NCBI GenBank assembly: GCA_964436015.1
Contig: CAYTAR010000002.1
Coordinates: 9,521-73,520, forward strand
DNA from: an uncultured Candidatus Saccharibacteria bacterium
Lineage (GTDB): Bacteria > Patescibacteriota > Minisyncoccia > Phycocordibacterales > GCA-2401445
DNA length: 64,000 bases
Reading direction: 5' to 3'
Positions 1 through 10,149 of this stretch are shown here, piece by piece. The translations under genes and the position numbers were made by a program. Every line of letters starts with the position of its first letter. Position 1 is the first letter of the stretch. The notes below the pieces were generated by a model, which worked only from the letters and a program-made list of their open reading frames with translations, was not told the DNA's origin and did no database searches.

Positions 1-1
1 C

Positions 2-1273
2 TTTTCAATCCTAACACTCTCCCTTATCGCCATAATTGGTGGTGTACTATACTGGTTTTTCATTCTCCCTCAAAGCGAAAATGAAAATATAACTGAAACA
101 CCAGTTGATCTTTTCCCTTTTGACCAAAGTCAGAATGGGGGACAAAATACGAATAATCAAAATGGAGGGGTTGTAATTCCCGACAGAACATCTCCGCTTC
201 CTATCCTTCGCCTTATTACACGTGAACCAGTTGCTGGAGCTACAGCATTTACACAAGCGAGCGCAACCCTCATCCGTTTTAACGAAAAGCGTTTGGGAGA
301 TATTTTTGAAGCAAACAACACCGATACTGTTGTTACCCGTATAGATAGAGAGGTAAGTGAGGGTATCTATGATTCACACTGGGTTGAAAATGGGAGTGGT
401 TTTATATTTAGGTATGTAGATGAGGGAAGTCAATCTATTCGTTCAATATATGGAAAATTGATACTAGAAACCCCTCCACCACCAACAGATGATGCGCCTA
501 TCCCTCTTCCTGAGTGGGTGTTTACCGCAAAACCACTCACGTGGTCCATCACAGACATTGCAGTCTCTCCTGATACCAATTCAATATTTATACTCAATAA
601 AACTACGGACGGTATTGAAGGGATTCTTGCAAAACCCGACGGTACTTCTGCAACAAAAATCTTTTCATCTCCACTCAGTGAATGGCTAGTCTCATGGACA
701 TCTCCAAATACAATACTTCTCATGAATAAACCATCGCACAACATCCCAGGGTATCTCTACACACTAAATACTACAAACGCCCGCCTTACGCGAGTACTTG
801 GCCCACTTCCTGGTCTCACTGGACTCATGAGTCCAGATGGGAAATACATACTCTTCGCGACAGGAGAAAGTAATTCTCTTGAAACAAAAATGATTGATTT
901 ACAAACTAATAACATTTTTACATTTCCCCTTCGCACGCTTCCTGAAAAATGTGTATGGGCTTCTTCCTCAACAACCCTCTACTGTGGAGCAGACCCACGT
1001 ATTGGCCTCAATCAGTACCCTGATGTGTGGTATAAAGGTCTAATCTCATTCTCAGATTCACTATACGAGGTTGATGTGCTCACATTCACACAAAAACAAC
1101 TTATCAATCCATTTGATTTTGCACGTGTAACAATAGATGCAACACGTCCATTTCTCTCTCCGAGCGAAAACTACCTTTACTTTACTAATAAAAAAGACTC
1201 CTCTCTTTGGAGCCTTGAATTAAAAAAAGAAGAAGCGGTAATTATTGAAGACCGAGTTTCTACAGAGAATTAA
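2..1273 (+). CDS. membrane-anchored beta-propeller protein (PD40/TolB-like blades); 5' end lies outside the window
   Basis: Frame 2 is open from nt 2, so the TTG at 293 is probably internal. N-terminal hydrophobic helix FSILTLSLIAIIGGVLYWFFIL. SPDGKYILFATGE..MIDLQTNN resembles PD40 propeller repeats. Confidence 0.6.
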   Translation, partial: FSILTLSLIAIIGGVLYWFFILPQSENENITETPVDLFPFDQSQNGGQNTNNQNGGVVIPDRTSPLPILRLITREPVAGATAFTQASATLIRFNEKRLGDIFEANNTDTVVTRIDREVSEGIYDSHWVENGSGFIFRYVDEGSQSIRSIYGKLILETPPPPTDDAPIPLPEWVFTAKPLTWSITDIAVSPDTNSIFILNKTTDGIEGILAKPDGTSATKIFSSPLSEWLVSWTSPNTILLMNKPSHNIPGYLYTLNTTNARLTRVLGPLPGLTGLMSPDGKYILFATGESNSLETKMIDLQTNNIFTFPLRTLPEKCVWASSSTTLYCGADPRIGLNQYPDVWYKGLISFSDSLYEVDVLTFTQKQLINPFDFARVTIDATRPFLSPSENYLYFTNKKDSSLWSLELKKEEAVIIEDRVSTEN

Positions 1274-1757
1274 TACCTGTCTCTACCACTTCCTTCTTAA
1301 ATTTAACCACTACGTGTCGTGTGGGGCCAACCCCAGCAGATTCTGTCTGTATATGCGCTTCACCTTGAAGAGTATTGTGCACAATAAGGCGTTCGTACGC
1401 ATTCATAGGAGGAAGTTCTACACTATACTCAAAAGATCGAGCTCGCTCTGCTGCAAGTTTTGCCTTCTTCTGTAGTTCGTCTACATGTTTTAGCTGGTAA
1501 TCATTTACATCAACAACGTACTCTTTCATCTCCTCCTCGGTAAGTCCCTCCTTATGAAGCGCAATTCTCTTTAAAAGGTGGTTAAGTGATGTAATGGTCT
1601 CTCCCTTATTACCAATTAGCAAACCAGATTCATTTGTTTTAATAGACAACCTCACTGCTCGCACAGCAGGCATTTCTTCTACAACCACATCAGAGTAACT
1701 GATGCCCATTTTGTTAAGTAATCCTTTTAACGTCTCAATAACTGTTTCTGTTTTCAT
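1260..1757 (-). CDS. khpB: KhpB/Jag RNA-binding protein (KH + R3H domains)
   Basis: KH-like LLIGNKGETITSLNHLLKRI and R3H-like PPMNAYERLIVHNTLQ. Classic position downstream of yidC. Confidence 0.8.
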   Translation of the reverse strand: MKTETVIETLKGLLNKMGISYSDVVVEEMPAVRAVRLSIKTNESGLLIGNKGETITSLNHLLKRIALHKEGLTEEEMKEYVVDVNDYQLKHVDELQKKAKLAAERARSFEYSVELPPMNAYERLIVHNTLQGEAHIQTESAGVGPTRHVVVKFKKEVVETGINSL

Positions 1758-2512
1758 TTGATTATGCTGTTACTATCATTATTAACCGCATCTCGCTTCT
1801 TTCGCAGGAACATTTCTTGAATAATGGTAAAAATATTACTCGTAACCCAATACAGTGCAACCGCTGCTGAAATGTAATATGCCACAAGAGTAATAACTAT
1901 CGGCATAACATAACGCATCTGTAACTGCATACTATGCATCACATCATCTTTAAATGTAGCATCCGCACTTCGCTTCTTTAACTTCGGAAGTGTAAGCCGT
2001 ATTTGTATGAACTGCGTTATTCCGGCAAGTAGGGCGAGGATAATACTCTTGCCCGTCATGTCTAATACTGAAAGAAAGAGTATATCTACACTTTCCGGCG
2101 CGGAGACAAAAGAATACAGAATATCAGTATCTATAACAGGAAAACCGTTCTTACTAAATACAAAATACAAACCGAGAATAATAGGGATTTGTAGAAATAT
2201 GAGAAAAATTCCCGCGAATGGGTTAAAGTTATTCTTTTTATATAACGCCATCATTTCAAGTGCCATCACTTGATTGTTACCTGCGTGCTTCTTTTGAATT
2301 TCTCTAATTTGGGGCTCTATTTCTTGCATTTTCATCTGAGCCTGAATAGATTTCTTCGTCAGAGGAAAGAGAATAAACTTAACTATAATTGTTAGCAGAA
2401 TAACCGCGACACCAAGGTCGTGAAAAGGAAGTACATCAAGTATAAAAATAAGTCCGTTGTATAAAGGAGTATATACAACGGCATTGAATACGGAAGATAT
2501 CATTGCTTCCAC
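1754..2512 (-). CDS. yidC: membrane protein insertase YidC (short form)
   Basis: Multi-pass membrane protein with FPLTKKSIQAQMKMQEIEPQIREIQKKH, the typical YidC loop. Synteny rnpA-yidC-jag. Confidence 0.85.
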   Translation of the reverse strand: MEAMISSVFNAVVYTPLYNGLIFILDVLPFHDLGVAVILLTIIVKFILFPLTKKSIQAQMKMQEIEPQIREIQKKHAGNNQVMALEMMALYKKNNFNPFAGIFLIFLQIPIILGLYFVFSKNGFPVIDTDILYSFVSAPESVDILFLSVLDMTGKSIILALLAGITQFIQIRLTLPKLKKRSADATFKDDVMHSMQLQMRYVMPIVITLVAYYISAAVALYWVTSNIFTIIQEMFLRKKRDAVNNDSNSIIK

Positions 2513-2537
2513 ATTCTACAGAAAAATAAGGTTTTAT

Positions 2538-2867
2538 TCAACCTTTTAAGGAAAGTTCTTTTCGATATTCTGCTACCAATTCTTCTAAAGATATATTTAG
2601 AGCCATTTTTGTAGGATATATAAGCAATATGCCATTTTTAGGAAGTGTAGGGAGTAGTTTGTAGAGAATGGCGTATACGCGCCTCTTAATTTTATTTCTC
2701 TCAACTGCGGTGTGTGCAACACGTTTTGGCAGTACTACCCCAAAACGGCTCGGGGTAGTACTGGTACTAAAGTACGTATACGAAAAAGAGGAAGACGCTC
2801 CGCGTCGCCCTCTTTCTCTGTTTTTCGTAAAAAAACTAGTCGGAACCCTCCTGGCTCGGGGAAGCAT
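2538..2867 (-). CDS. rnpA: ribonuclease P protein component
   Basis: FGVVLPKRVAHTAVERNKIKRRV motif. Lies downstream of rpmH. I prefer the ATG at 2867; the ORF-track start at 2876 would overlap rpmH by 8 nt. Confidence 0.8.
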   Translation of the reverse strand: MLPRARRVPTSFFTKNRERGRRGASSSFSYTYFSTSTTPSRFGVVLPKRVAHTAVERNKIKRRVYAILYKLLPTLPKNGILLIYPTKMALNISLEELVAEYRKELSLKG

Positions 2868-2868
2868 A

Positions 2869-3003
2869 CTACACACTCAGTTTTGCACGCCCCTTTGCTC
2901 TTCGTCGCTTTATCACATTACGTCCATTTTTTGACTTTGAGCGAACAAGAAAGCCGTGTGTTCCTTTACGTTTTTTGTTTTTTGGCTGGTATGTTGTTGA
3001 CAT
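2869..3003 (-). CDS. rpmH: 50S ribosomal protein L34 (44 aa; absent from the ORF track because it is under 60 aa)
   Basis: Hand translation of the minus strand gives [44 protein letters not shown], then a stop. Canonical rpmH-rnpA arrangement divergent from dnaA. Confidence 0.9.
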   Translation of the reverse strand: MSTTYQPKNKKRKGTHGFLVRSKSKNGRNVIKRRRAKGRAKLSV

Positions 3004-3168
3004 AGGGTCAAGTATATATTAAAGATTATTTTTTGCAACACATACCAACATACACTCGTCTTTGGGTAATCAACAGACTGTACACAGGTTATGAACAAGA
3101 CGTGCGTTTGGTCAAGTCTATCCATTTTTTCTCACACATATATAATAGGTGAACAATAATATATTTAT

Positions 3169-4515
3169 ATGTCTGATCTAAAACAACTTTGGGATAATAC
3201 ACTCGGTCAAATAGAACTTGAAGTTTCAAAGGCAAATTTCAATACATGGTTTAAAAATACAGATATTATTAAGTTTGAGGATGGGGTAATTTACGCAAGT
3301 GTACCTAACCAGTTTGTAAAAGACTGGCTTTCAAACAAATATCACAAGTTTATTCTTAGAATTTTACGAACATTGTCTGATCAAGTTCGTTCACTTGAAT
3401 TTTTAGTTGTTCGTGATGAACAAAAGAAAAAAGAACTGCTCAATCAACGATTTGTTATGCACACCAATGAGCTACCCTTAAACGAGCTCTATATTAATAA
3501 AGATGATAATTTGAACCCACGGTATACATTTGAAACATTCGTGGTTGGTCCGTTTAATGAACTCGCATTTGCTGCCGCACAAGCGGTTATAAAAGAGCCC
3601 GGGATAGCGTATAACCCGCTTTTTATTTGTGGAAATACTGGATTAGGTAAAACACACCTTATGCAAGCGGTAGGGAACTATGTAAAAAACAGTGATAAAG
3701 ACAAGAAAGTCTACTATGTTACTTCTGAGCGATTTGCGCTTGATTATCTAAACGCACTTCAAAATAACAAAGCTACCGTATTCAAAGAAAAATATAGAAA
3801 GTATGACATTTTAATAATGGATGATATTCAGTTCCTTTCAAAAAAAGAAAAAACTCAGGAGGAATTATTCCATCTCTTTAATAGCCTCTACGACAACAAT
3901 AAACAAATTATATTTTCATCTGACAAGCACCCGAACTACTTACCAAATATGGAAGAGCGTCTCAAGTCACGCTTTAGTGCGGGAATGATTGTTGATATTC
4001 CCGAGCCTGACCACGAATCTCGCATGGCAATTTTGAGAGAAAAAGTTAAGGTAAGTAACATCTCACTTGAAAACGATATTATTGATTACCTCGCGCAGAG
4101 CGTAGAAGGGAATATTCGTGAACTTGAAGGAGTACTTAACTCTATTGTGTGCCAAACACGCCTAAAAGCTCGTGATCTCACATTAAATGAAATTAAAAAT
4201 CTAATAAAAGATACCGTAAAGCCAAGAAAGATTGTTTCTGTTAAGGATATAATAAAAACCATTAGTGATTTTTATAGTATTGATGAGGAGATTGTGTACA
4301 AAAAAACAAGAAAAAAAGAAGCTGTTCGTCCACGACAGATAATTATGTATATTCTTCGGGAAGATTTTCACGCTTCGTATCCTTCAATTGGACAGAAGAT
4401 AGGAGGGAGGGATCACACAACAGTTATTCACTCATGTGAAAAAATTAAAAATGAAATAAAGCATGATTCAGTTCTTGCGCAAGAAATTCACCAGATTCGA
4501 ACGATGTTGAGGTAA
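3169..4515 (+). CDS. dnaA: chromosomal replication initiator DnaA
   Basis: Walker A GNTGLGKTHL, LIMDDIQFL, and C-terminal DNA-binding RPRQIIMYILRE..SYPSIGQKIGGRDHTTVIH. Confidence 0.95.
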   Translation: MSDLKQLWDNTLGQIELEVSKANFNTWFKNTDIIKFEDGVIYASVPNQFVKDWLSNKYHKFILRILRTLSDQVRSLEFLVVRDEQKKKELLNQRFVMHTNELPLNELYINKDDNLNPRYTFETFVVGPFNELAFAAAQAVIKEPGIAYNPLFICGNTGLGKTHLMQAVGNYVKNSDKDKKVYYVTSERFALDYLNALQNNKATVFKEKYRKYDILIMDDIQFLSKKEKTQEELFHLFNSLYDNNKQIIFSSDKHPNYLPNMEERLKSRFSAGMIVDIPEPDHESRMAILREKVKVSNISLENDIIDYLAQSVEGNIRELEGVLNSIVCQTRLKARDLTLNEIKNLIKDTVKPRKIVSVKDIIKTISDFYSIDEEIVYKKTRKKEAVRPRQIIMYILREDFHASYPSIGQKIGGRDHTTVIHSCEKIKNEIKHDSVLAQEIHQIRTMLR

Positions 4516-4754
4516 CTGTGGAAAGAGTGTTGAGTGTGTGGGGAAATTATTGTTAATAACTCGGTATAACTGTATCGGTTATACCCATAAAAATAATATA
4601 AGAAAAATACATACTCATTATTCCTATATCATACATATTTTTTCCCCACATATTTATTTATAAAACCTATGTATACCAACACTTAATTTACTAATCCACA
4701 TATCCCCATGTATAGTATTGGTATGAAATTAATTAATAAAAATAAACTACTAGT
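4516..4754. other. candidate oriC (dnaA-dnaN intergenic region; DnaA-box-like motifs plus an AT-rich stretch)
   Basis: TGTGGAAA at 4517-4524. TGTGGGGAAA at 4537-4546 has its exact inverted partner TTTCCCCACA at 4641-4650. TAATCCACA at 4692-4700. The segment between the boxes is strongly AT-rich. Confidence 0.6.
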
Positions 4755-5855
4755 ATGAAAGTTTCTTGCTCAAGAGAAAAAATAATAGACGCTGTATACA
4801 GAACTGAAAGAGCGACGGGTAAAAATTTATCACTTTCCGTACTTTCGTGTATTTTTATAGAAGCGAAAAAAGGTACTTTATTACTCCGTGCAACAAACTT
4901 AGATCTTGGTGTGGAAATATCAATACCTGCTAAAGTTGAATCAGAAGGAGTTGTTGCTGTTCTAGGAAATCTTTTTTCTCAAGTAGTTAATTCTGCAGTT
5001 AATACCGATACACTCCTTTTTGAGTTACAGGAAGGGGGATTAGTTATTACCTCTAAACACAGTGTTACTACTCTTACTACACAACCACACGAGGATTTTC
5101 CCACTATACCTCATATTACAGAAGAATTTTCTTCCTTTTCAGCACCAGCAAATCTTCTAGTTGAAGGGATGAAATCTGTTAATTTTTGTTCATCTAGTAC
5201 TACTATTAAGCCGGAACTTGGATCGGTATATATATATCAAGATTCGGGTGAGTTACTATTTGTGGCTACTGACTCCTTTAGGCTAGCTGAGAAAAAAATG
5301 AAGGTAGCAGTAGGAGAAGATATTAAACTACTTATTCCTAATAAAAATGTAATAGAGCTCATTCGTTTTCTTTCTGGAATTACTGATGATGTTGAGGTTC
5401 GGTATACAGAAAATCAAATTTCATTCTTACATAAAAATTATTATTTCACTTCTCGTGTAATAAATGGAACTTTTCCCGATTACCGACAAATAATTCCTAA
5501 AGAATATACCACCACGGTACGCTTACTCAAACAAGATTTTCTTGATTCACTCAAGAAAGCAAGCATTTTTTCTGGGAAATTTAATCAAATTAAAATAACT
5601 ATCAATCCAAAAGAAGGTTTATTTTCTATTGCAACCACTCAGGCAGATATTGGGGCACACACTGATGCTCTTACCGCTGAGACCACAGGTGAAGAGTTTG
5701 AAGCTCATTTTAATGAAAAGTATGTTTCAGATGTATTACCACACATTACGTTAGATTCGATTGAGCTTTCTTTTGCAGGGAAAGGACGTCCGTTGGTTAT
5801 TAAACCAATTCCACACGGTTCATTTTTGTATTTAGTAATGCCAATGAATAAGTAG
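4755..5855 (+). CDS. dnaN: DNA polymerase III beta sliding clamp
   Basis: 366 aa immediately after dnaA. Typical LRATNLDLGVE, FVATDSFRLA and C-terminal PLVIKP..YLVMPMN. Confidence 0.9.
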   Translation: MKVSCSREKIIDAVYRTERATGKNLSLSVLSCIFIEAKKGTLLLRATNLDLGVEISIPAKVESEGVVAVLGNLFSQVVNSAVNTDTLLFELQEGGLVITSKHSVTTLTTQPHEDFPTIPHITEEFSSFSAPANLLVEGMKSVNFCSSSTTIKPELGSVYIYQDSGELLFVATDSFRLAEKKMKVAVGEDIKLLIPNKNVIELIRFLSGITDDVEVRYTENQISFLHKNYYFTSRVINGTFPDYRQIIPKEYTTTVRLLKQDFLDSLKKASIFSGKFNQIKITINPKEGLFSIATTQADIGAHTDALTAETTGEEFEAHFNEKYVSDVLPHITLDSIELSFAGKGRPLVIKPIPHGSFLYLVMPMNK

Positions 5856-5856
5856 C

Positions 5857-6114
5857 ATGGCACTTCAGGGAATTACTCTTTTTCTTGAACGGTTTAAAAA
5901 ACTCAAAGCGCCAGAGAAGTATGTAAAAGAAGCGGTACAAAAAGCAGTGCAGGATATTTGTCTACTTACTATCCCTGTAGAGCAAATCTCAGTGTCAAAA
6001 AAAGGGGTTTTTATTTCTACTCACCCGCTCATTAGAACAAAAATTCACCTGGACAAGGAGTCCATAGAAAAGAAAATAGAAGAGTATTTAGTGAAAAAAA
6101 TAAATATTCACTAA
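5857..6114 (+). CDS. small protein, possibly DUF721/DciA-like
   Basis: 85 aa, starting 2 nt after the dnaN stop. The position and the ISVSKKGVFISTHPLIRTKIHLDKESIEKKIEEYL pattern recall DUF721. Weak. Confidence 0.35.
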   Translation: MALQGITLFLERFKKLKAPEKYVKEAVQKAVQDICLLTIPVEQISVSKKGVFISTHPLIRTKIHLDKESIEKKIEEYLVKKINIH

Positions 6115-8654
6115 TTCTGCGGAGTGCTTGAAAGGGTAAATGGAAGGGTAACTTCGCTTCTGTTATACACTGAATCGTAACCCACAATTCGTATTGAATT
6201 GCTTTGCTGAATTGAAGGGATGGAACTAGGAATAAATGTGTACGTAAAAGGTGCTCGCTGTACTGAATTTACAAATTCATTATTGATAAAAATATCAATA
6301 CGAGATAAAGGGTAGATATTTGAGTTTGTAACGGTAAAAGAGACAGGGGAATTGTTCTGATATGAAATAGTAGAATCAATACCAGTTACCAGTAGACGTG
6401 GTTGAGTCTCGGGGGTATGAATGGTATCAAATTCAGTGGGGATGGTGCTTGTGCTTGTTTCTGGAATGTTATTCTTTCTCACCCACTCTCGAACTGGGTA
6501 TTCCCACAATACATACTGCGATACTGATGCAGGATTCTCAGGAACTGGTCCTCGTGGATCATTTCTATCTACCCAATGTAAGATTGAATGAATATCAGTT
6601 ACCACACGAACCTCTTTTGTTTCTTCAGGGGTATACTCTGTTGCGAGTTTTTGAGAAATAGTGTCTATGGTGTACGTGGTGCTCCCCCTCCATTCTCCTC
6701 GAATAACTGGCTTTAAATCATTTTTATTCACGATAGGCTTTGGTTGGGGAAAATCTTCTTTTGGGTATGTAGTGAGCACTTCCTGAATAAATGCGTTCCA
6801 CAGTGGCGCAATAATCAACCCAGCAACCTTCTTATCCATTGGTCTATTGTCGTTGTTTCCAGCCCATGCACCAACAGCGATACGTGGAGTGTAGCCAATA
6901 ACCCACGCATCTTTGTAATCATTTGTGGTACCGGTTTTTACTGCTACATCATATTGAGAAAAATGAAGCGGAGAGTTTGATCCGTACGATGGAGCCCGGG
7001 CAACGTTATCAGAAAGAATATCGCTAATGGTGAGTGCAACATCTTCAGGTAAAACTCGATAAGGACGAGATCCTCCATCTTCAAATAGAACACCGCTTTT
7101 ATCTTCAATTTTAATAATGCTTCTATAAGGAACCCTCATTCCTTTGTTTGCAAATACTCCATATGCGCTAGTCATTTCAAGTGGGGTAACTTCTCCACCT
7201 CCAAGCACTAACGTGAGTCCATATTGGTCTACGCCTCCAAGGGTCGAAATTCCCATATCCTTTGCAGTTCGGAGTGAATCCGCAAGTCCTGCCAAATATA
7301 GTGTTTTTATCGCTGGTATGTTGATTGATTGGGCAAGCGCGTCACGTAGTGACATTGGTCCCCTGAACGCATTGTCATAGTTGCCCGGCATATAGCAGTT
7401 GGAATTACTGTATATTTTAGTGCCATCAGGGCGACACTCGGTTGAAAATTCTGTTTCGAGGTCAAACACAACTGTTTCTGGAAGAAACCCTTTTTTAAAT
7501 GCAGTTGCGTACACAAAAGGTTTAAAAGTTGAACCAGGCTGTCGTTTTGCGAGCGCAATGTTATAGTTACCGTCAATTTCTTTATCAAAGTAATCTCGAG
7601 AGCCCACCATTACCAAAATATCTCCAGTAGTTGCATCGATAGCAACAAGGGATGCATTTTCGGCATCAAACTGTTCACTGTTTGAAAGTGCGAATTTTTT
7701 TGCAATTTCTTCAGCTTTAAGTTGTAGATCGTAGTGAAGGGAGGTAATAACTTTTAGTCCGCCCTCTTGTACTGCCTTTTGACCGTACTTTAGTTCAAGT
7801 TGTTCAATGATGTAAAACACAAAGTGAGGTGCTTGTATTCCAATCTCGGATCGTGGGCGAAATTCTACCTCTTCTAAACTTGCGCCGTCGTACTCCTCCT
7901 GCGTTATAAATCCATTTTCAACCATTCGGCGCAACACGAGATTTTTACGATTATTCAAAGCTTCCACATTGTTTCCATATGGTGAGAAATATGTCGGCGC
8001 TTGTGGAATCGCAGCTAAATACGCTGCCTCTGCAAGCGTTACATCGTATGCGCGTTTTCCAAAAAAAGTGAGACTAGCCTGCTCAGCTCCATAAATATTA
8101 CCCCCGTAAGGTATTTCATTAAGGTAAATTGAAAGAATTTCATCTTTAGTAAGAACTTGCTCAAGTTTTAATGCGAGTACCCACTCTTTTATTTTACGTG
8201 AAATTTTCTTTTCTGAAGTGAGAACTGAGTTTTTAATGACTTGTTGGGTTATGGTAGAACCACCTTGAGTGTACCCGTCACGACCGAGGTACGTCAGCAC
8301 GTTTGAGAGTACTGCGCGGATAATTGCCTTGGGTTTAATTCCTTTATGGCTATAAAATTCAGCATCTTCAATTGCAACACTGGCATTTTTTATATTTCTT
8401 GAGATTTCCTCAAAAGGAACCACGGTTCTTCTAATGTCTTGGTGTACATCGTAGAGTAAATGTTCTCCCGTACGATCGTATATCTTGGTTGATTCGGTTA
8501 TTTTGCGCTCATCAAATGTTTGTAGGTCGGGAATAGGAAGTGTTGCAACCCACAGGAGGCCAGCGCCTCCCACCACGAGGCCTGATATGGCGCCAATAAA
8601 GATTAATTTTATTCCTATGTGCTTGATTGCATACCAATGCTTCCTTTTTTTCAT
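6111..8654 (-). CDS. class A penicillin-binding protein (glycosyltransferase + transpeptidase) with a C-terminal extension
   Basis: GT51 motifs EDAEFYSHKG, GGSTITQQ and RKIKEW. Transpeptidase motifs STFKP and KTGTTND. N-terminal TM helix. Confidence 0.9.
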   Translation of the reverse strand: MKKRKHWYAIKHIGIKLIFIGAISGLVVGGAGLLWVATLPIPDLQTFDERKITESTKIYDRTGEHLLYDVHQDIRRTVVPFEEISRNIKNASVAIEDAEFYSHKGIKPKAIIRAVLSNVLTYLGRDGYTQGGSTITQQVIKNSVLTSEKKISRKIKEWVLALKLEQVLTKDEILSIYLNEIPYGGNIYGAEQASLTFFGKRAYDVTLAEAAYLAAIPQAPTYFSPYGNNVEALNNRKNLVLRRMVENGFITQEEYDGASLEEVEFRPRSEIGIQAPHFVFYIIEQLELKYGQKAVQEGGLKVITSLHYDLQLKAEEIAKKFALSNSEQFDAENASLVAIDATTGDILVMVGSRDYFDKEIDGNYNIALAKRQPGSTFKPFVYATAFKKGFLPETVVFDLETEFSTECRPDGTKIYSNSNCYMPGNYDNAFRGPMSLRDALAQSINIPAIKTLYLAGLADSLRTAKDMGISTLGGVDQYGLTLVLGGGEVTPLEMTSAYGVFANKGMRVPYRSIIKIEDKSGVLFEDGGSRPYRVLPEDVALTISDILSDNVARAPSYGSNSPLHFSQYDVAVKTGTTNDYKDAWVIGYTPRIAVGAWAGNNDNRPMDKKVAGLIIAPLWNAFIQEVLTTYPKEDFPQPKPIVNKNDLKPVIRGEWRGSTTYTIDTISQKLATEYTPEETKEVRVVTDIHSILHWVDRNDPRGPVPENPASVSQYVLWEYPVREWVRKNNIPETSTSTIPTEFDTIHTPETQPRLLVTGIDSTISYQNNSPVSFTVTNSNIYPLSRIDIFINNEFVNSVQRAPFTYTFIPSSIPSIQQSNSIRIVGYDSVYNRSEVTLPFTLSSTPQN

Positions 8655-8735
8655 ACTATCCGACTATAGCATAAAAAATCACCATAAAACAGAATATGAG
8701 AGGACAAAGCGGGTTACATATGCTACGCTAGAAAC

Positions 8736-10118
8736 ATGGAAAAAAGGACACAAGTAAGCGACATAGACGAATTGCTCACTAGGGGGGTTGCAACGTTTAT
8801 TGATCCGAAAGGTGAGTTCAGAAAAAAACTTGAAGGAAAAGTCGCTGGAACATATACAAAAGATATTTATATTAAGTTTGGCGTGGATCCAACTCGGCCA
8901 GATATTCACCTCGGACATGCAGTTTTACTGAGAAAACTAAGGCAATTTCAGAATATGGGGTGTAAGGTAATTTTTTTAGTGGGTGATTTTACTGCACACA
9001 TAGGAGACCCGACTGGCAAGAGTAAGGTCCGTCCTGAACTAGAACAGGCAGAAATCGAAGCCAACATGAAAACTTACCTTGAGCAAATTGGTAAAATTCT
9101 AGATACTCGACCTGAAGTATTCACGTGGATTAGAAACTCTGATTGGTTTATTAACGTAACCGATCTTGCACCGCATCAAAAACTCTCAATTAAGTATCGG
9201 ATGATATCTGTGAATCCAAACTCGTTTATAGGTAAGTCTATACTCTTTTCTGAGACGCGAATGCAAAAGACGCATCTCAAAAAAAGCGAAATTACTGCGG
9301 TAACGTTAAAAGGGATGCTTTGGACACTAAAGCATATCACCCACGCTCAGTTAATTGAACGAGATATGTTCCAGGAACGCTTAAAATCTGGACAGGAGCT
9401 ATACATGCACGAAATGTTGTATCCAGTGCTTCAAGGTGTTGATTCATACGTTTTAAGTAAGGTATATGGATCATGTGATATGGAGGTTGGGGGGAGTGAT
9501 CAAGCCTTTAATATGATTATGGGAAGGAATATTATGAAAGTAAATAATATTCCTGAACAAGCGGTATTGAGTACGCATGTACTTGTGGGGACTGACGGAA
9601 GTTCAAAAATGAGTAAAAGCTTGGATAATTACATTTGCATCACCGATGCACCTGGCGACATGTTTGGAAAAATTATGTCCATTCCGGATACGGCTATTAT
9701 TGATTACGCTATTCTTGCAACGTACTTACCAGATAGTGAAATTCAAACTATACAGAAAAAAATTACAGAAGGATCAAAAAATCCCCGGGATATAAAAGCA
9801 GAGGTTGCTGAAGCGGTCGTGTCAATTTACCACGGAGTAGCTCAAGCAAAAAAGGCCCATGAGGATTTTATCAATACATTTAGTAATAAGAGTATTCCTG
9901 AAACAATGCCTCAAATAGAGGCACAAGCAGACCAGTTCCTTATCGATGTGTTAGTTAATTCAGAGCTAGTCCCATCAAAAGCAGAGGCTCGTCGGTTGTG
10001 TAATAGTGGGGCGGTTACGTTCCTTACAGAGAATAAAGTGTGTTCTCCAAAGGATATTGTTCAAGAAGGGGAGTATAAAATTGGTAAACACCGCTTCCTT
10101 CGGGTAACTATAAAATAA
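8736..10118 (+). CDS. tyrS: tyrosine--tRNA ligase
   Basis: HIGH-type motif IHLGH, KMSKS, and a C-terminal S4-like PSKAEARRLCNSGAV. Confidence 0.85.
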   Translation: MEKRTQVSDIDELLTRGVATFIDPKGEFRKKLEGKVAGTYTKDIYIKFGVDPTRPDIHLGHAVLLRKLRQFQNMGCKVIFLVGDFTAHIGDPTGKSKVRPELEQAEIEANMKTYLEQIGKILDTRPEVFTWIRNSDWFINVTDLAPHQKLSIKYRMISVNPNSFIGKSILFSETRMQKTHLKKSEITAVTLKGMLWTLKHITHAQLIERDMFQERLKSGQELYMHEMLYPVLQGVDSYVLSKVYGSCDMEVGGSDQAFNMIMGRNIMKVNNIPEQAVLSTHVLVGTDGSSKMSKSLDNYICITDAPGDMFGKIMSIPDTAIIDYAILATYLPDSEIQTIQKKITEGSKNPRDIKAEVAEAVVSIYHGVAQAKKAHEDFINTFSNKSIPETMPQIEAQADQFLIDVLVNSELVPSKAEARRLCNSGAVTFLTENKVCSPKDIVQEGEYKIGKHRFLRVTIK

Positions 10119-10149
10119 AACCCCTCAAACTTGAGGGGTTTTATTTTAT
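10119..10149. terminator. intrinsic terminator (bidirectional shape)
   Basis: CCCCTCAA-AC-TTGAGGGG, flanked by an A-run and TTTTATTTT. Confidence 0.65.

Noticed and set aside
430-744. Antisense or shadow ORFs inside long genes (for example 430-744, 7307-7588, 14653-15054, 15352-15837, 40735-41361, 44644-44982, 48416-48796, 58504-58887, 60867-61352)
   Set aside because: Each is fully embedded opposite or out of frame to a CDS with clear family motifs. Their composition is biased, they have no motifs, and they are typical of antisense frames.
8655-8735. T-box leader upstream of tyrS
   Set aside because: The spacer is only about 80 nt, and I saw no specifier loop, T-box sequence or terminator/antiterminator.
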